From contig OX597831.1 in assembly GCA_951406725.2 (NCBI GenBank), forward strand, positions 60,140,001 to 60,204,000: a stretch of DNA of 64,000 nt. The letters run 5' to 3'. A program made the position numbers and the translations under genes. The DNA is from Octopus vulgaris. Taxonomy: Eukaryota. The notes under the pieces are model-generated. The model was given only the letters and a program-made list of their open reading frames with translations, searched no databases and was not told the origin of the DNA. Every line of letters starts with the position of its first letter. The first letter of the stretch is position 1. Below are positions 27,979-42,690 of the stretch, piece by piece.

Positions 27979-28509
27979 TCCTCGCCTTCCACCCTCCTTG
28001 GTCCCCACTCTCTCTTACCCTCTTGCGACTTGCTGCCTCAGCCATTCTGTTTCCATCGGCCGCTTGTTCAACATGTGTCTTATCACCGAAAAGGTAATTA
28101 TTTTTCCACGCTTGCTGATATTGTTTCTGTGTCTCTCTTTCGTAAGATGAGTGTCATTATAATTTGTGGTTTGGTATGGTATTTTGCAAGTTTTGCTGCA
28201 GTACAACTTAAGTTGGCGCCTCCTCAACACCATCGTCCGACCAAGGATAAGTAGTTATTTTTCTTTCTAAATTTTACAGTTTCAGACCAAACCGTTTACT
28301 CTGATAAATGAGTACAAATTGACTGTTTAGAAACGTTTAGATCATTACATCGTGAATGGAATTCATGGTGAAATATTTATTATGAGCGGAAATCAGTTTC
28401 CCAATTTATCATTGTATACATTAGCAACTCATGATTTCATCGATAACAATGACTCTCTAATCATATTTGTTTAAGAATGAGTAACAATTGGAAGTACAGT
28501 TGATGTTGA

Positions 28510-28917
28510 GGATCTTCTCGGTTTGAACGGCAGTTTTTAACATAATTTGTAGGTAACTAAAACATTTTAAACTTCGTATACTGGTAGAATGCATTTATAA
28601 AACATCTTTTTCTCTTGGCTTTATTGAGAAAATTCTATAGTTTGTAAGGTATTTGTTCTTTTCTTTTCTTCAATTTCTGCATTTTCAACCAATCACTGGC
28701 GTCTATTGAGGTGAAATACATTCTTTGCCAAATGAATATGTCACTCGTTTAAGAAGCAGATTGGTGAAGAAAAAAAAAGATACCCTTCCCCACCCCTATC
28801 CCTAACCCTAACCCTAAAACAGATTGAAATGCAATAGATCGATAGTAGGGTCATAATTATGAGTGACAATTTCATATGACACCGCTAGAAAAATTGCCGT
28901 TCAAACCGAAAAGATCC
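28510..28917. mobile_element. MITE with ~29-bp TIRs and 8-bp TSD, with internal (CCCTAA)n
   Basis: GGATCTTCTCGGTTTGAACGGCAGTTTTT / AAAAATTGCCGTTCAAACCGAAAAGATCC; TSD GATGTTGA at 28502-28509 and 28918-28925. Confidence 0.88.
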
Positions 28918-29449
28918 GATGTTGAGATAGATATTTTCAAAGAGCCATAGAATATACAATGAAAGACCGTTCTATCATCACGAAGTTAATCCTGTTTTTG
29001 TAATTAATACTCCATTAATGTTATGAGAGAAAACATATCATCGTGTATATATGACTGATAAACAGTCATAAACATGTGTTAATAACGAGAGCAATTCTTT
29101 TGTGGTAAGAGGTATTTCGTTGCAAAGATATGCATAAACGTCTTTCAATCTTCTTAATATCTGTAAAGAATATGCAAATTCTATAATCAGCAGCATTATA
29201 AGTGTAGTCAAGTTTTCTTGTCAGTTTCTTTTATTATTATAAAATGAATTAATATTTATATAATATCATTTAATGCATGATGTAGGTTCTGAGCTCAAAT
29301 TCTGCCGAGGGCAAAATTGCTTTACAATCTTCAACAGATAAAATAAAGTACCAATTGAGAACTCGGATGGATGCTTCCTCATAAGATAAAACTTCGTGGA
29401 ATTATTTAATATCTAATGCTTCTTGAATACAAGCCGTAAAATCATGGTT

Positions 29450-29660
29450 TCAAATCTTGGCACAAGCACAGAACTATTAGGGGACAGTTTAAGTCGATTA
29501 CAGCGACCCCCGTGTTTAAATGGTATGTATTATATCGAGCCCGAATGGATGAAAGAGAAATCTCCCTTTTGCGAGATTTCAAATTTGAATATATAGACGG
29601 ACGATATGCGCTAAGTATTTTGTCCGGATGGCTAACAATTCAGCCAGCTCGCCACACCAT
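29450..29660 (-). mobile_element. Degenerate SINE family A copy
   Basis: AAGTCGATTACAGCGACCCC...GCTAAGTATTTTGTCCGGATGGCTAAC..TTCAGCCAGCTCGCC. Confidence 0.65.
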
Positions 29661-29998
29661 CTCACAATAATGTAACGTTAGAAGTTCAAATCCAAGGTTC
29701 TAATTGTCTGTTAGTAATTAGAATTTATCCCGATGAGCTGTAAAAATATGCATAATGTGAAAATTTTAATATTTGCAGTACGAGTCGTACCAATGTTTAG
29801 TTTTTTTTTCAGGTTCTAAATCTTAAATTCAGATCTACTACAATAATGTTTTGTGGTATTTTATGCAATTAAATATATGATTCCATTCCAGCATAACTAA
29901 GAGTAGATACCACTTCTGATAATCTGGGAATACTGTGTGAGAATGAAAAGCTAAGCCAACCCTAAGGAGATTTATCTGCAATATATTTTGCGTTAGGT

Positions 29999-30040
<42 letters not shown>

Positions 30041-30047
30041 TGCAGAA

Positions 30048-30104
<57 letters not shown>

Positions 30105-30120
30105 TAGATAGATAGATAGA

Positions 30121-30312
30121 TAGCACGCCGGTATTTCGTCTGCCGCTACGTACTGAGTTTAAATTCTGCCGATGTCGACTTCGCCTTTCATCCTTTCGGG
30201 TTCGATTAAATAAGTACCAGTTACTCACTGGGGTTGATACCGTTGACTTAATATGTTTGTGTTTGTTTGTCCCTTCTGTGAATAGCTGCTTGTGGGCAGT
30301 AAAGAAATAAGA
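30121..30312 (+). mobile_element. SINE family A copy (5'-truncated)
   Basis: GTCGACTTCGCCTTTCATCCTTTCGGGTTCGATTAAATAAGTACCAG...GTGGGCAGTAAAGAAATA. Confidence 0.8.
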
Positions 30313-32986
30313 CATATAGATATATATGCATACACACGCATAGGTATATGCAAACTAGCAACCTACGTACCTATCCATCGAATCACTGCAAAGGTGCCCT
30401 TAATTCTACATGCATTACCTAAATTGAATATAATTGTATTTCTATGTATCAATCAATGGGAATGGATTTTGTAAATTATGTCAAACATTTTCCATTAGAT
30501 ATTTAGAAATAAATTTTGTTGAAACCCTGTAAAATGCATTGGCATAAAATTAAGCCGTACTGAAGAAATCCATTAGCAATTGACAAAACATATACGAAGA
30601 CGGGCATAATTAACTGTATGGATCCAATCCATACAATCAATTATAGATGCTTACATTTTGCTGTTTGAGCAATATCAAGTACATAGCAAACAAGAATAAT
30701 CCTCCCTACTATAGGCACAATGCCTGAGATTGGAAATTGAAGACAAATGGAATGGAATATATTCCATTCCATCAGTTTATCGGAATAGTAGAAAGCGTTC
30801 GAGAGTCAGCAGGTTATATCATCTTTATTATAGTTTTAATTGAGTATAATATAGATTGCCCTTTTATGTTATATTGGAACACACTTTCACTCAGTGGAGG
30901 ATATGATGTCCCAACATGGTGGTAGTCCTACAATTAAAATCATTAAAATAATTAAAGACTAATTTCTTTGACTCCGAAATAAATCCTAATTTAATGACAT
31001 TCAAAGGCGCAGTTTGGAACAAAGGAAATTTGTGTGCTTTTTCTCATAGTTTTCGTAATAATTTTTTAGAAGAATATTTACTATGATATATCTCCACTGA
31101 TGACTTTGAGATAATGATAACTGGATTGGTAGTGTTGATGACAGTTTTAAGACGTCGTGAGTATATTTGGGTCAGATGTGCATTGAGAACAAGAAGAATA
31201 TCAAGCATAAGGCTGAATAATTTTCAAATGTATATCGGGGCGTATACTGTGTGCGGGATATATCAGTGACAATGAACATCGATGCTTAAGTGAAAATCAA
31301 AATGTGAGAATTTAATTGTTGCGTCAGTCGACGTCGGTTTGATATTACTCAGTTTTAAATGGAGATGTAGGTGATTTTCTTTTAATTGAGGGGAACTGTG
31401 AAACATTTTGTTGGTGATAATAGTATTCTTCATATTGCTAATGATGTTGTAGGTTGAGCAACTTGCAATTTAGTTCATAAAAGATTCGCTTCCCACTGAC
31501 GACGATGCATCCTGAAGACGCTTCACACTGACAACACTTCACAATGAGGACGGTATTGTATGTTGATGAGAATACTGGTAATAAAGGGAAGATGCTGTTG
31601 CTGTGTGCAGTAATTAAGAAATTGAACGCGTGTGTTGAATGGTGTAGCGATAATATCGACAACGTGAAATTAGTTTTCGCCTCGCGATTCAAGGAAGTTA
31701 ATTATATTGCTAGTGGTACTTGAGTTGATCATGCACGAAATAGTGACAGTAATTGTGAAAATAGTACTTTTATTTTTGTTATCAACATTGTTGATGTAGA
31801 CCGATGTTAATCATTGTTGAGATGGCACAATAGACAAATTATTTCTGCCACGAAACTGCAGCCAGTCGTCTCCGTATTTCTTATCGAGGGCAATATATTA
31901 GATAATTTGCCACTTATTGTGTACACATATAGATGTAATCTGATTTTATTTCTTATTTGCAGAAGATGTATCAGTTACATACAATCGACGTGTTTATGTT
32001 TGCTTTTGGATTTGATGAATGTAAGGGCTTCATATTCAATGTTGTAATGTGCTTGAGTAAGAGTTTTAATTATGATAACGCTGCTGATTGATTCGGATTT
32101 TGTCATTGGTTTCGATCATTATTATTCTGTATTGTTAATGATCCTTGTGGTGTAAGTGACAACGGTGATTATGATGGTGCCAAATGTCAAAGCACAAATC
32201 ATATTAAGAAGTTATAATCCTATTTTGATATGAATTTAAATAACAAAACTTAATCGCAGTTTTGTTTACATACAGAAAGAAAATATCGACATTTCTATTC
32301 CCAGTGTGTTTTTCAAAGTTTTACCAATTGTTGACACTCTTGTAAATATGTGTGCTTGCCCAGAGGTTAGTTAAAATTGTTTTTCAATGAATATCAAATA
32401 AACAAACATTCTTACATTTACTATTTCTCTGCTGAACATGATAAACGAGCTTTATTGAAAGAATAACAAAGTAGGCTAGGAATTTTTGTAAAACCTATGC
32501 CCTGAGTTCAAGGTTCTTGCATTCAAAAATTACTTACATTTTGGCAAATAATTTAGTCAAATAATTCAATCGATTCTAAGGGTTCTATAGAAGAAATGAA
32601 CTCCTGCAATCTGCGTTCGGATTATGAAGTAACAGAATGCTAATACACGTTAATTTTAGGAATGTAGTACCGATAATATATCATTTTGAATGAATTAAAT
32701 ATTTCGTAAATATTTAAATTTTATACATAAATGTAATTTTTGCTTCCTGCTTTTTGCAGTTTGTTGTTATATTTCTCTTTATCGAAGAGCGGTGTCAGAT
32801 ACTGCCAGTATTAATTCAGCAATGCAAATCAGATTTCCCTCTATCTTTGTGTCGCATCTCTCTCTCTTTTTTTTACTCTTTCAAGGCGACGGTCTAAAAA
32901 TGATGTTACGTTATTCGAGTTCTAACCAAATAAGCTTATGATTAAAGGCCACCAACTACCACGGGGGCCGACATTTCATTATTGTC

Positions 32987-33346
32987 TTATTCCCTCCGCC
33001 TTCGCCTTCACGAAGGCGGAGGTATTGTTTGCAGTCGTGATTGTTTGTTCGAGGAAAAGACATCTCAAAACCATTGGATGGATTCAGATGATATTTCGCC
33101 TCGTGACTGGCATGAACTGATTAGATTTTGGGATCAATCTGGTGCCGGAAAAGGATTCTGGACCATTTTTGATATTTCTTTTATTTAAATTTTGAGAGCG
33201 GTCGCGTTCATTTTTAGTATTCCCGCTCGTGAGCGCAGTCGAGTTTATTCCAGATATTCTCATTTTAAAAATCAGCTCTTGGCTAGTCATTGAGAGGACG
33301 CTGGTATGGCCTTGGCAGAGGTTTGCGCTCTCTGAGTGCTCTTGTT
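32987..33346 (+). mobile_element. Non-autonomous Helentron/DINE-like element
   Basis: 5' TTATTCCCTCCGCC with an internal IR (CCTCCGCCTTCG..CGAAGGCGGAGG), 3' subTIR GGCAGAGG and short palindrome GCGCTCTCTGAGTGC before TT. Confidence 0.6.
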
Positions 33347-33899
33347 ATAATTAGAATTATTTTTAAAGAAATTGATCTGCAAGATGAATTAAATAGATAT
33401 GAACTGGAGAATGATATGCAATCATTAATAGAATAAGTGTTGTGTTCCCACGGCACGCGAAAGACCGACATCAAAAGCCAAACCTCTATGAAATTTTCAG
33501 TGATTAACCGCAAAATTTGAACATCTTTTCTATGGAGAGGAAACAGGAAAATCGGCATAGACGTTGACGTTGCTAGAAATGGCAGCCAAACTACTGTAAG
33601 ATACAACATAGCATTCGCACCCACATTAGGTTGTATTGGACGATACGAACTTCAGCATAAGTGTGAGATAGCAGGCTGATTTGAAGACTAAATAAAAAAC
33701 GACAAATTTAATCTAATAAGGAATTTGTTTATTTGCATTCCTTAATCGTTAATCAGTTAAAATCTCTTAGTGAATATTGAAGATACGATAGCCTAAATGG
33801 TGTGTAGTTAATTATCCATCGTATTTGTGTTCAGTTTCTCGTTAATACTAAGAAAACGGGAAAAACTGAAAAAAACAAAAGACCAACAAAACAAAAAGA

Positions 33900-36045
33900 G
33901 AAAACAGTTGCAAAAACCGTAACTGAAGATACATCAAATCCTGCAACTTTAACTAAAGCAAACCCTTAAACTATAATAGAAATTGAACCAGTACTGGAAG
34001 AAGAAGCAGCAACGACACCAATAGCAGAGACCGCCATACTAAATGTAGAAATGTAGGAAGTAGAATACCAAACGGTAACAAGGAAAAGAACTAAAAGTCC
34101 TAATGTGTCTCTCAACCCTTCACAACCTATAACAAAAGAAAGGAACGGCATACAAAGACAACAACATTTACAAGGCCCACCCCTTTACTTCCAAAAAAAC
34201 CTCCCTGAAAATGAGTTCATATAAAATATAATAGAAAAAACAATTAACTTGACTGGATAATAAAACAACATCACACCACCCAACTGTATAAAAACGACAT
34301 TGGAAATACATATGTGTAAGGAAAATATCCGAAAATCTTTTTAAAGATTTAAAATAAAGTGGAGGGTACATCAGACTCTTTGAAGTTAAATCCCATTCAT
34401 CGACAAAGGACAGGTATGCAGGTCTTTGTATCTCGAATGGCAGTACTTAGCTTTGAATGATTAAATGTACGTGGTCTGAATTCGAAGTGGAATCAATAAT
34501 GTTTCCTCGACAACCCCACGTCACATAGTATAGATGTGATGGTCGCTACGGAGACCAAGCTGGACAAACTGCAGGCGTTCACGACTCACCTGAATGGCTC
34601 TGAGAATATCATGTACCTTAGCCAGATATGATGCCGAGGAGGGGCAGTAGTTTGGCTGAGCAGATACGTATAATCTCTATAGATCCTGAACGTGTGTTTC
34701 TTGTTCTTGACTTGACATACAGCAGTAAGGCTTTCAAGTTGATGGGAATTTATGCGCCGGGTACGGCAAGCGAAACAGCTGATTTATTTCTACGCCTAAA
34801 GAATGTTCTTGTGGCATCTAAGGACATTAGAGAATGTTTTTGTGACGTCTAAGACATGTGTTGGGAGATTTGAATGCTATTCTAGATACACATCAGGAAA
34901 CTCACGCTTCATTGATCTGCTTATGCGATTTAAGCTGGCAGATCGTTATAAACTCGATTACGCGAACGTTGCAGTGTGGACCTGAAGTAATAGCGATGGT
35001 TCAGTCAGGTCTTACATAGATAGGATAATAGTTAACAACAGAGATAAGTTTAGTTTAAGTTGTCAACACTTTTCTTTTGCTTCCTACACGAAAAACGTGT
35101 AGGATGCACATAAGTAGAGTACATAGACAGGGATCTGGCTACTGACCCACACCTGGACTGGACGGGCATTATCTGTGCTAGGAAGGGCGAAGGTAACGCA
35201 GGTGTTTAAAGCATCTGTTATAACCTACCAGCCTAGTCGTCGTGGATCGCCCCTACCTGGCTCTATCTGGATGATGAGCAGGTGTGGTCACTGCACGTAA
35301 AGTTTTTCTTTCCGCAATTAACCTCCTTGCGGCATTTGGGCCCACTGTTCAGGTGAAGTCCTAGCAGTTGGCGTGTCGACAGGCACTCACACTGCTCTCC
35401 CGGGCGGGTAGCACCGACGGCGTAGGTTTCTCCGCGAACTTGTATTGCACTAGTAGAGTTCATGTTAGACTATGGTCTGGGGGGAGACCATGGGCTTTGA
35501 AAGAAATCAGTTGATCAACATGCTCTGAAGAACTTTCGGGTCGGATTGTGTTAACTATCAGCTTGGTTGTGTTACCTATAAGCCTTACCTCTTTGAAAGA
35601 GGACCTCGAGGCACGGCTGTGCCACCCCATCTACATGCTCGAGGTGCGGGCGAGAAACTGTCCTGCAGGTCTTTGTACAGTGTGCGGAAATAAGGGAACT
35701 GATAGACTATGTTGAGCAGATGCTAACGAGAGAAATAGTCGAGATATCAGATGGATCTATCAATATTGTACCGCCTCCTTCCTTTAACAAGGAGAAACAG
35801 GCGGGGTTTTTTTTCTGTGTAGTAGCCATACTGAAAGTGACAATGTGAAAGACGCGTAAAAGAGGGATTGCGACAGGTACTTTCATCACCAGACGAGGGT
35901 TGGTGAGTTATTGTAACTACAACCTTAAGAGTAAAATCTGTTTGGAGAGGAGATACTTGTCGCAAAGTGGGTTTGCGGAAAGATGGACGCCTGTAGTGAG
36001 AGTGCTATGAGTGATTGGAGCCAGCTTGCACATCGTATATCTTCA
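33900..36045 (+). mobile_element. Highly decayed Tx1/L1-like LINE (ORF1 tail, APE endonuclease, 3' remnants)
   Basis: LNVRGLNS, DVMVATETKL, FKLMGIYAP, GDFN-like motif, WT*SNSDGSVRSYIDRI at 34460-35040; YQTVTRKR near 34070. Confidence 0.7.
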
Positions 36046-37002
36046 CTGACGATATAGCAAACTCTATATGCATTCAAGATTTATAATACTGAAAATGTTT
36101 AGAGGTTAGCAATGTTAGAGTTTATATACCTAGGTTTCATACATGTGTATAATTATATGGTAAACGAAATGTAGCTTGAAACATAATTTTTTCATTGCAA
36201 CTTAAAGATATTACTATATAAATATATTGACAGGTAATATCAATACCTGTAACATCAACCGGAAACATGTACTTCATTTGTACATTAAATCTTCTCATTA
36301 TAATTATTAGGTAATACATTTGATGACTTATTCTAGTTATGATATAATACTGGAAGTCTCAGTCGAGGTAATGATATTAAGTAAATTTAACGTATATTGT
36401 ATCAAATCATTTTGATAACCATGTGTAACGACAACAGTTCAACGCTGGAAACTGGAAGATTATGTCACATACTCATAGAATGGCCTGAGCCGATTAATCT
36501 GGACGGGTTTTACCTTCTGCGCTAGACAGCGAACAATTTTGAACAAAATACAGTGGGTGGGTTAAGGGAAAAATATTTGCGACTTTATTTTAATTGAAAA
36601 CAGACATTGCACATGTTTCAAATGTCATAAGATTTCAGGGATCACTAAATTGGTTAATCAAAAATCGTATTCTCTTTCTATTTATTTTCTGTTCATTCAC
36701 TCAGATTTATTTTCATTTTAATAACAAAATTGTAAATAATCAAATCTTATGAAATATAATACTTTTTTCCAATTTTCAATTCGGTCAGATTTAATTACCA
36801 TGTTAATAATAAAAAAAAGAAGCAAAATAGATTATATTAAAATAAAAAATTATGCAATCAGTATCATCATTGCGATTTTGCTGATCGTATTTCATGGTCC
36901 TCAGATAAACACAGATGACATAAGCAAAGCATAGGCCAGAAAGAAAGTTATGAAAGTTTAGAGATCGTGAAAGTTTAGAGAGCGTGAAAGGTTACAGGAT
37001 GG

Positions 37003-37077
37003 ATAAGGATAGTAGAAAGAATATGGACATCAATACAGGGTGCATAAGGATAGTAGAAAGAATATGGACATCAATAG
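37003..37077 (+). repeat. Direct duplication of 33 bp (42-bp period)
   Basis: ATAAGGATAGTAGAAAGAATATGGACATCAATA x2. Confidence 0.9.
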
Positions 37078-39319
37078 CTTTGTAAAATATTATTTTGGTT
37101 GCAACAAACTTACCTTAGTATTTTAGATTACTAGACAAAGATGAATAAATTTGAAAATGCACTCTAACTTGTAAATTTATCATCGAAAATATACAAATTA
37201 TACAAATATATATTTAATATTTTCCTAGTATGACGTTTAAAAGAACAGAAAAAAGAGGAGTTAAATATGTATTTTAAAAACAGTAAAATTTTAATTAAAC
37301 TAAAGTGCACAAACGTTGTTTAAGGCATGATTGCACAACTCTTCATTTTGCTTCTACCTTTATTACAAAACTACCCTTATTACAAAACTAGTCAGTGCTT
37401 ACGCAAGCAATTCGACCTAAGCGACCGCATTTGTTGTTGCCATGCATCAGTCAGATGGCATAGGAATGTATTTTTGTACGGCTGCTTTATTTCACTGAAA
37501 TGTGAAAAATGCCAACATCCCAATGAGACCGACAGAAAATTAACTCTAAACTTCATAACACGTAATATTAAAATCTCATTGCATTATACCCTCCCTGTCT
37601 AAAACATTTCTACGTCAATACACATTATTCCAATTGGTAACACAACCCATGTTTCAATGTTTCAAATTCTCTAAAAAGGAAAAGGAAATTAGATAGTCTA
37701 TCCCTTTATTACTCAATATCCTATAAATGTTAAGATAATAACGACTAATTTGGTCGGTAAGAAATGCTTTTCATCTCCCCAAGCATGGGGTAATACTATG
37801 ACATCAGGGTATGTTCATAAATATAAGCATCATTTGTACTAGTTTATGTCCAACACATCACTGATCCAAAATGTATGCTTTCCATATTATTAGCCTAATG
37901 AAGCGGATGACGGAATTGTTAAAAATTAGGCAAAATATTTGTATTGAATTGTCTAAATTTATATTGAGTCCTTGATTTATCTTTTGTAACATCGGAGCTT
38001 GCAAACATAAATAAAAATCATATACTTCACTTCCATAAAAGTCTCATAAGCAGTTACATACAAAAGAGTGTTCCAGGATGTCTTGTTGGAAGTACACGCG
38101 TAAATAATGAAGGTAAAGGAAGCTGTGATTCGAAAGAACAGGAATAATAATGTTACAAATGTAAAAGAATCACAGAAAAGAGACCGAAACTCTTAACATC
38201 TGGCCGGCTCCAATATCGTGATCATTATCTGTGAAAAGGAAATGCATTGTAATACCGAAACATCAGCTTCAACGAATAAAAGCCACAATGCACGACTGGA
38301 ACGTAAAGAAAAATAGAAGAGTCAAACACACAATAGCAATAAGAATATTAGCACAAAAATTCCATCATGGAATATATCTTTCACATAAGTGAAAGACCTG
38401 AGTTGAATAAAAGGTGACAGAAAAAGAAGAAAAGCAAACACACATAGAACTATAACACCTTGTGAAAGACTGGTTAGTTAAATAGCATTTTTCGCTTCTG
38501 TGTCTTTACTAAGAATGTAGACGACAGTCAATTATTATGCTTAGGATTTTCCTGGAGTTCAGGTAATTTGCTGAAAATACTCCAGTTAATGACTATACAA
38601 ACATGCCACATGCATCAGTCTGGCCAAGAATTCCTGGATTAAAATACTCTGGGGTTGTCTGCAGGGATTTGACATGTCACTGCAATTCTACCGTTCCAAA
38701 ATATACACATTTCTTATGGTTGTTTGAAATAGGGATGATTTATTTTTACATAGATATACACAATAGTAAAAATGAGTTGGGGCAGCAATAAATGTGATAT
38801 ATACAGCTCAAATATTAAATAATAAATGATGAGTTATTTATCTCTAGTCGTTAGATTTCGTGACGTTTCGTGATGGGCCTACATTACATCATTTTTGATA
38901 ATAAATTTATATAATTACGATCTTATAGTTTAGGGCTATTGGAAATAATAGTATGCAACGAGTTAATATTTATTCACTGATTTTCAGGAAGCTTGGATAA
39001 TTAAGGAAGAGGAAATATTCTAGGGATGGCTTCTTCGAATGTTCTGTCTTAAAATTATTCATGAATCTATTGCAATCATTCTTAACAGAGTGATTAGTAT
39101 AGTACAATAAAATATGGGAAGCCGTCCTAAAAGAAGGCTATTTCGGAACCGTTTTCAGAGCCCGAATCACTGCAATGGACAGCGGCACCTGCTCAGTGGT
39201 CGAAGTAAATGTCTTCTAATAGGAGCCGTTTACCATTGCACGTTCTGTCCACCGGAGCTTCCGTCTCTCTCCTCTTCTGCAAAAACCTGGATTTGCCCCA
39301 TAATAAAAACTGGTTGGAA

Positions 39320-39432
39320 CACAAACCACCTCTAGTGCTTGAAAATGATCACATCTCACTCCTCTGGAACTTCACCATTCAAACTGACAGAAAGATACAT
39401 GCGAATAAGCCACACATCATATTGAAAGACTT
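39320..39432 (+). mobile_element. Small R4/Dong-like RLE fragment
   Basis: HKPPLVLENDHISLLWNFTIQTDRKIHANKPHIILKD. Confidence 0.7.
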
Positions 39433-39600
39433 CTGTGTCTGTGTCTGTGTGTGTCTGAGTTTGTCCCCCGCCCACCAACGGTTCTGCAGAAATGACCGAT
39501 AAAATAAGTACTAGACTTCCAATGAATAAGTCCTGGGGTCGAATGTTTTACTACATCGGTGCTCAAGCTTCGCTGCAGTCAGATGATTTAAAGAAGGAAA
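39433..39600 (+). mobile_element. 3' part of SINE family C
   Basis: Matches 56130-56330 (TTTGTCCCCC...GACCGATAAAATAAGTACTAG...GAATAAGTCCTGGGGTCGA). Confidence 0.7.
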
Positions 39601-39654
39601 ACAATTAATAAAAGAACAGCTAAGGTGCCTATTATAATATAAATTGTTTCTGTT

Positions 39655-41180
39655 TCTATGCTTCACATTCGAGTTAACTATTTCCAGATCTTCTTATTTT
39701 GAAAGTTTCTCCGTTTCTTTTAGAGAAACATTATCACTAGTTGGCGTCGATACATGGATTAGCAAGCAGTTTCACTTGCTTGGTGTACTCTGACGTATTA
39801 GTCTAGCTTTCTGTATCTGTGTTTATTGGCATATCCCAGAATAAAGTTGCTTTCTCATTTCTTGGGTGTGCGTATGCCATACTTTTTCTGTTCTTATTCC
39901 ATACTGTTCTAGCATATATGGGTCCGAAATTTGTGAATACATATCTTGATTGTGAATACATATCTTCTTAGACAGGACTGGGCAACCAAAGGCTGTACTG
40001 TTTATTGTATCTTCTTCTTCATGCACTATACTTGTATTACTTTACTTTATGTGTTTTTGGTGATTTCTGGTGGGAAGTCTTTTGATTTTGTGCTATAAAA
40101 AATAATCCTCCAGTCTCTGATTTGAGTCCTGAGCTTCTTAGTCAGCCATTGTTGGTATTTTATGTTGTCTATTTCTTTTCTGTTTAGTTTACTCCTTTAT
40201 TTGCCATGTAGGGGCTTTTATTGCGATCGTTTTCTCATGATATGTTGCTGTTCCACTTTTAGTTTGGATATCAGATTTTTACAACTTTTGTTGTTTTTTC
40301 TTTTTCTTCATAGCTGTTAGTTACTACAGCTTAGTTTTTGCATTTCTTAGCTTTTTTTAAACAGAAAACAGTTTTTTGTTTAGTTCGTGTTTTGTGGCAA
40401 TTTGTATTAGTTTTCTTTGCTTCTGTAATCCTATGGTCGTTATTTTGTAATAGTTGTCTAGCTCTATGCGGCCTCTACCATCTTCGATACATTGTATAGA
40501 TAATCTTTCTATGTCAGATCGGTGCATCCTAAATCCTGTCATATTCTTTTTTTGTTTTCCCATCTATCTTGATTAGCTCATTTAGCGTCCAGTTAAGAAT
40601 ACTGTAGCTGCAACTTATAACTTGGACGGCTAGAGTGTTGATACTTATTATTTTGTTTTTTAGATTGAGCTTTGCTTGCAGTATTAATCTAGCTAGTCTA
40701 TAATATTCCTTTTCTATCTTCCCTTTCATTTGGGTGCGTTGTATCGTATCTAGAACATTTATCCCTAAGTATTTGTATGAATTGCTTTCGCCTAATTCTC
40801 TTCTTGCAATTGCTTTACCTAATGTGAAGTTGTTAATCTTGACAGTTTTTCTCTTTTGAGGGTTGTCTTAGCACAGTTTTCTAAGATAAATTTCATAATG
40901 ATTTCTTTGGAAAATCCATGTACTTCTTGTAGTAATTTTTTCAGCTGTTTATTATTTGTACCATGCAGTTTTAAATTATCCATATACGAGAGATGGTGTA
41001 TTGTTTTCCGTCACAGTTGTATCAACATCCGGCTTTGCTTAGCATAACGGATAAAGGTGTTAGTGCCTAGCCAAAAAGGAGTAGAGAGAGCGTGTCTCCC
41101 TGGAATATCCCTCTTGTAATGGGGATAGTTTTGATTATTATGAGTCCCGCTTTTCTCTGGAGTTGTAGCATTTTTGCCAC
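39655..41180 (-). mobile_element. R4/Dong-like LINE remnant (RT C-terminal half, CCHC, RLE)
   Basis: Minus: ITRGIFQGDTLS, LYMDNLKL, YKYLGI, KEYYRLARLILQAKLNLKNKIISINTLAVQVI, GRGRIEL, EEEDTINSTAFGCPVL; (TTA)n next to it at ~41197. Confidence 0.85.
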
Positions 41181-41196
41181 TTCTTCAAGAAATGCT

Positions 41197-41332
41197 TTAT
41201 TATTATTATTATTATTATTATTGGAAGAAGAAGAAGAAGAAGAAGAAGAAGAAGAAGAAAAGGAAAAGAAGAAGAAGAAGAAGAAGAAGAAGAAGAAGAA
41301 GAAGAAGAAGAAGAAGAAGAAAAAGAAGAAAG
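41197..41332. repeat. (TTA)n + (GAA)n microsatellite
   Basis: Arrays seen directly. Confidence 0.96.
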
Positions 41333-42489
41333 ATTATGTAGATAGAGGAAGTAAGAATTGATAAAAACAGCAACTAACAGATAGAAATGGGAATATGAAA
41401 AAGTTATAACTCTATTTTATATATAGTGTAATATCCATGAATAAAGTACAAGTAACTGTCACTTAAGAAATGGTTTTCATTGAAAATACAGGAAAAGAGA
41501 ACGTTTAAATGAACTACACAGAAGAAATTTAAAGCTGCCCCCAAAAACCCTACAAAAGAAAATATGAACTGTAATGAAATGAAGTTTGTTACGATGTGAA
41601 AAATAGTATTAATACTCTTAATCCTCCCTTTCCAGTAATAACATCTTCGAATGTTGCTTTATATTTTTGTCTTTTTTTCGTATCAGTATTTTTCACCAGA
41701 ACTTTCACTCTCATTTTCTATTGGAAAATTTCACAACGTTTAATTTCATTAAGACAAGAAATTTAGAAAAACAAACTATCGTGACTCTCTATGCAAAATG
41801 ATTAATAATATGTTGCAACTGGTCATAGTCTCTCCGGCTAACCAGTGTCCGAAATGTAATATCATATCCGTGCAATCTATTCTGCTCTCACATCTGTTAA
41901 CCAAAATACCGAAATGGGTAAATGCTTATAAACCTCTACCAAACACGCTACGTGACAATAATCAGGTGAAATTAATTAGGGCACACCTGCCGTGACTATT
42001 AAAGAGATCAGCATAAACTAAGCACATATAATAATCAAGGGGAAAAGTGTCTTAAATGTTAATGGGATATCGATTTTTTTTTAAATATCGAATCAAGATG
42101 GTTGAAGAATTATGAATTAACAAGTATTGAACTGCGCGGCAGGAATGATTAAGGGAACCATTATCGTGATATTAATAATCATGATAATATTCGATGCGAT
42201 AGCCATCTTGAGGAATAAACTGAGTCCATGCATGTGAGTAAATTTGTAAATTTACAGATATCTGAAAGTAATTTCAACATGGTTTAGAAAGTAACTTCCA
42301 AGTAATTATAACGGACGAGCAATCATTGTGTTTTTCGAAAGCATCCACTCTTTCTTTCTGCACAAATATGAAAAGCAATACGAAGTAAATAATTGAATTT
42401 ATTCACTTTTCATGATTGAATTTCAATATATACCTATACCGCTTCACAACCAAACAATTAAAAGTATTTAACTAAGAAAAATATCGGTC

Positions 42490-42690
42490 TTAAATTTTGG
42501 CACAGGGCCAGCCGAGAGATTTTACACCTATTACATCGACCCGAGTGTTCAGATTTTATTAATTTCATCGACCGCGAAATGGTTAACGGCAAAGTCGACT
42601 CCAGTTAATTTTGAGCTGACGACGTAAAGACAAATCAAATTCCGCTAAGCATTTTACCTCGTGCAGTAAGGTAATGCCAGGTTGCCGCAT
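42490..42690 (-). mobile_element. Degenerate SINE family A copy
   Basis: TTACATCGACCCGAGTG...CATCGACCGCGAAATG...GGCAAAGTCGAC...GCTAAGCATTTT. Confidence 0.65.

Noticed and set aside
28794-28817. Telomere or fusion scar
   Set aside because: Only four units, internal to a MITE
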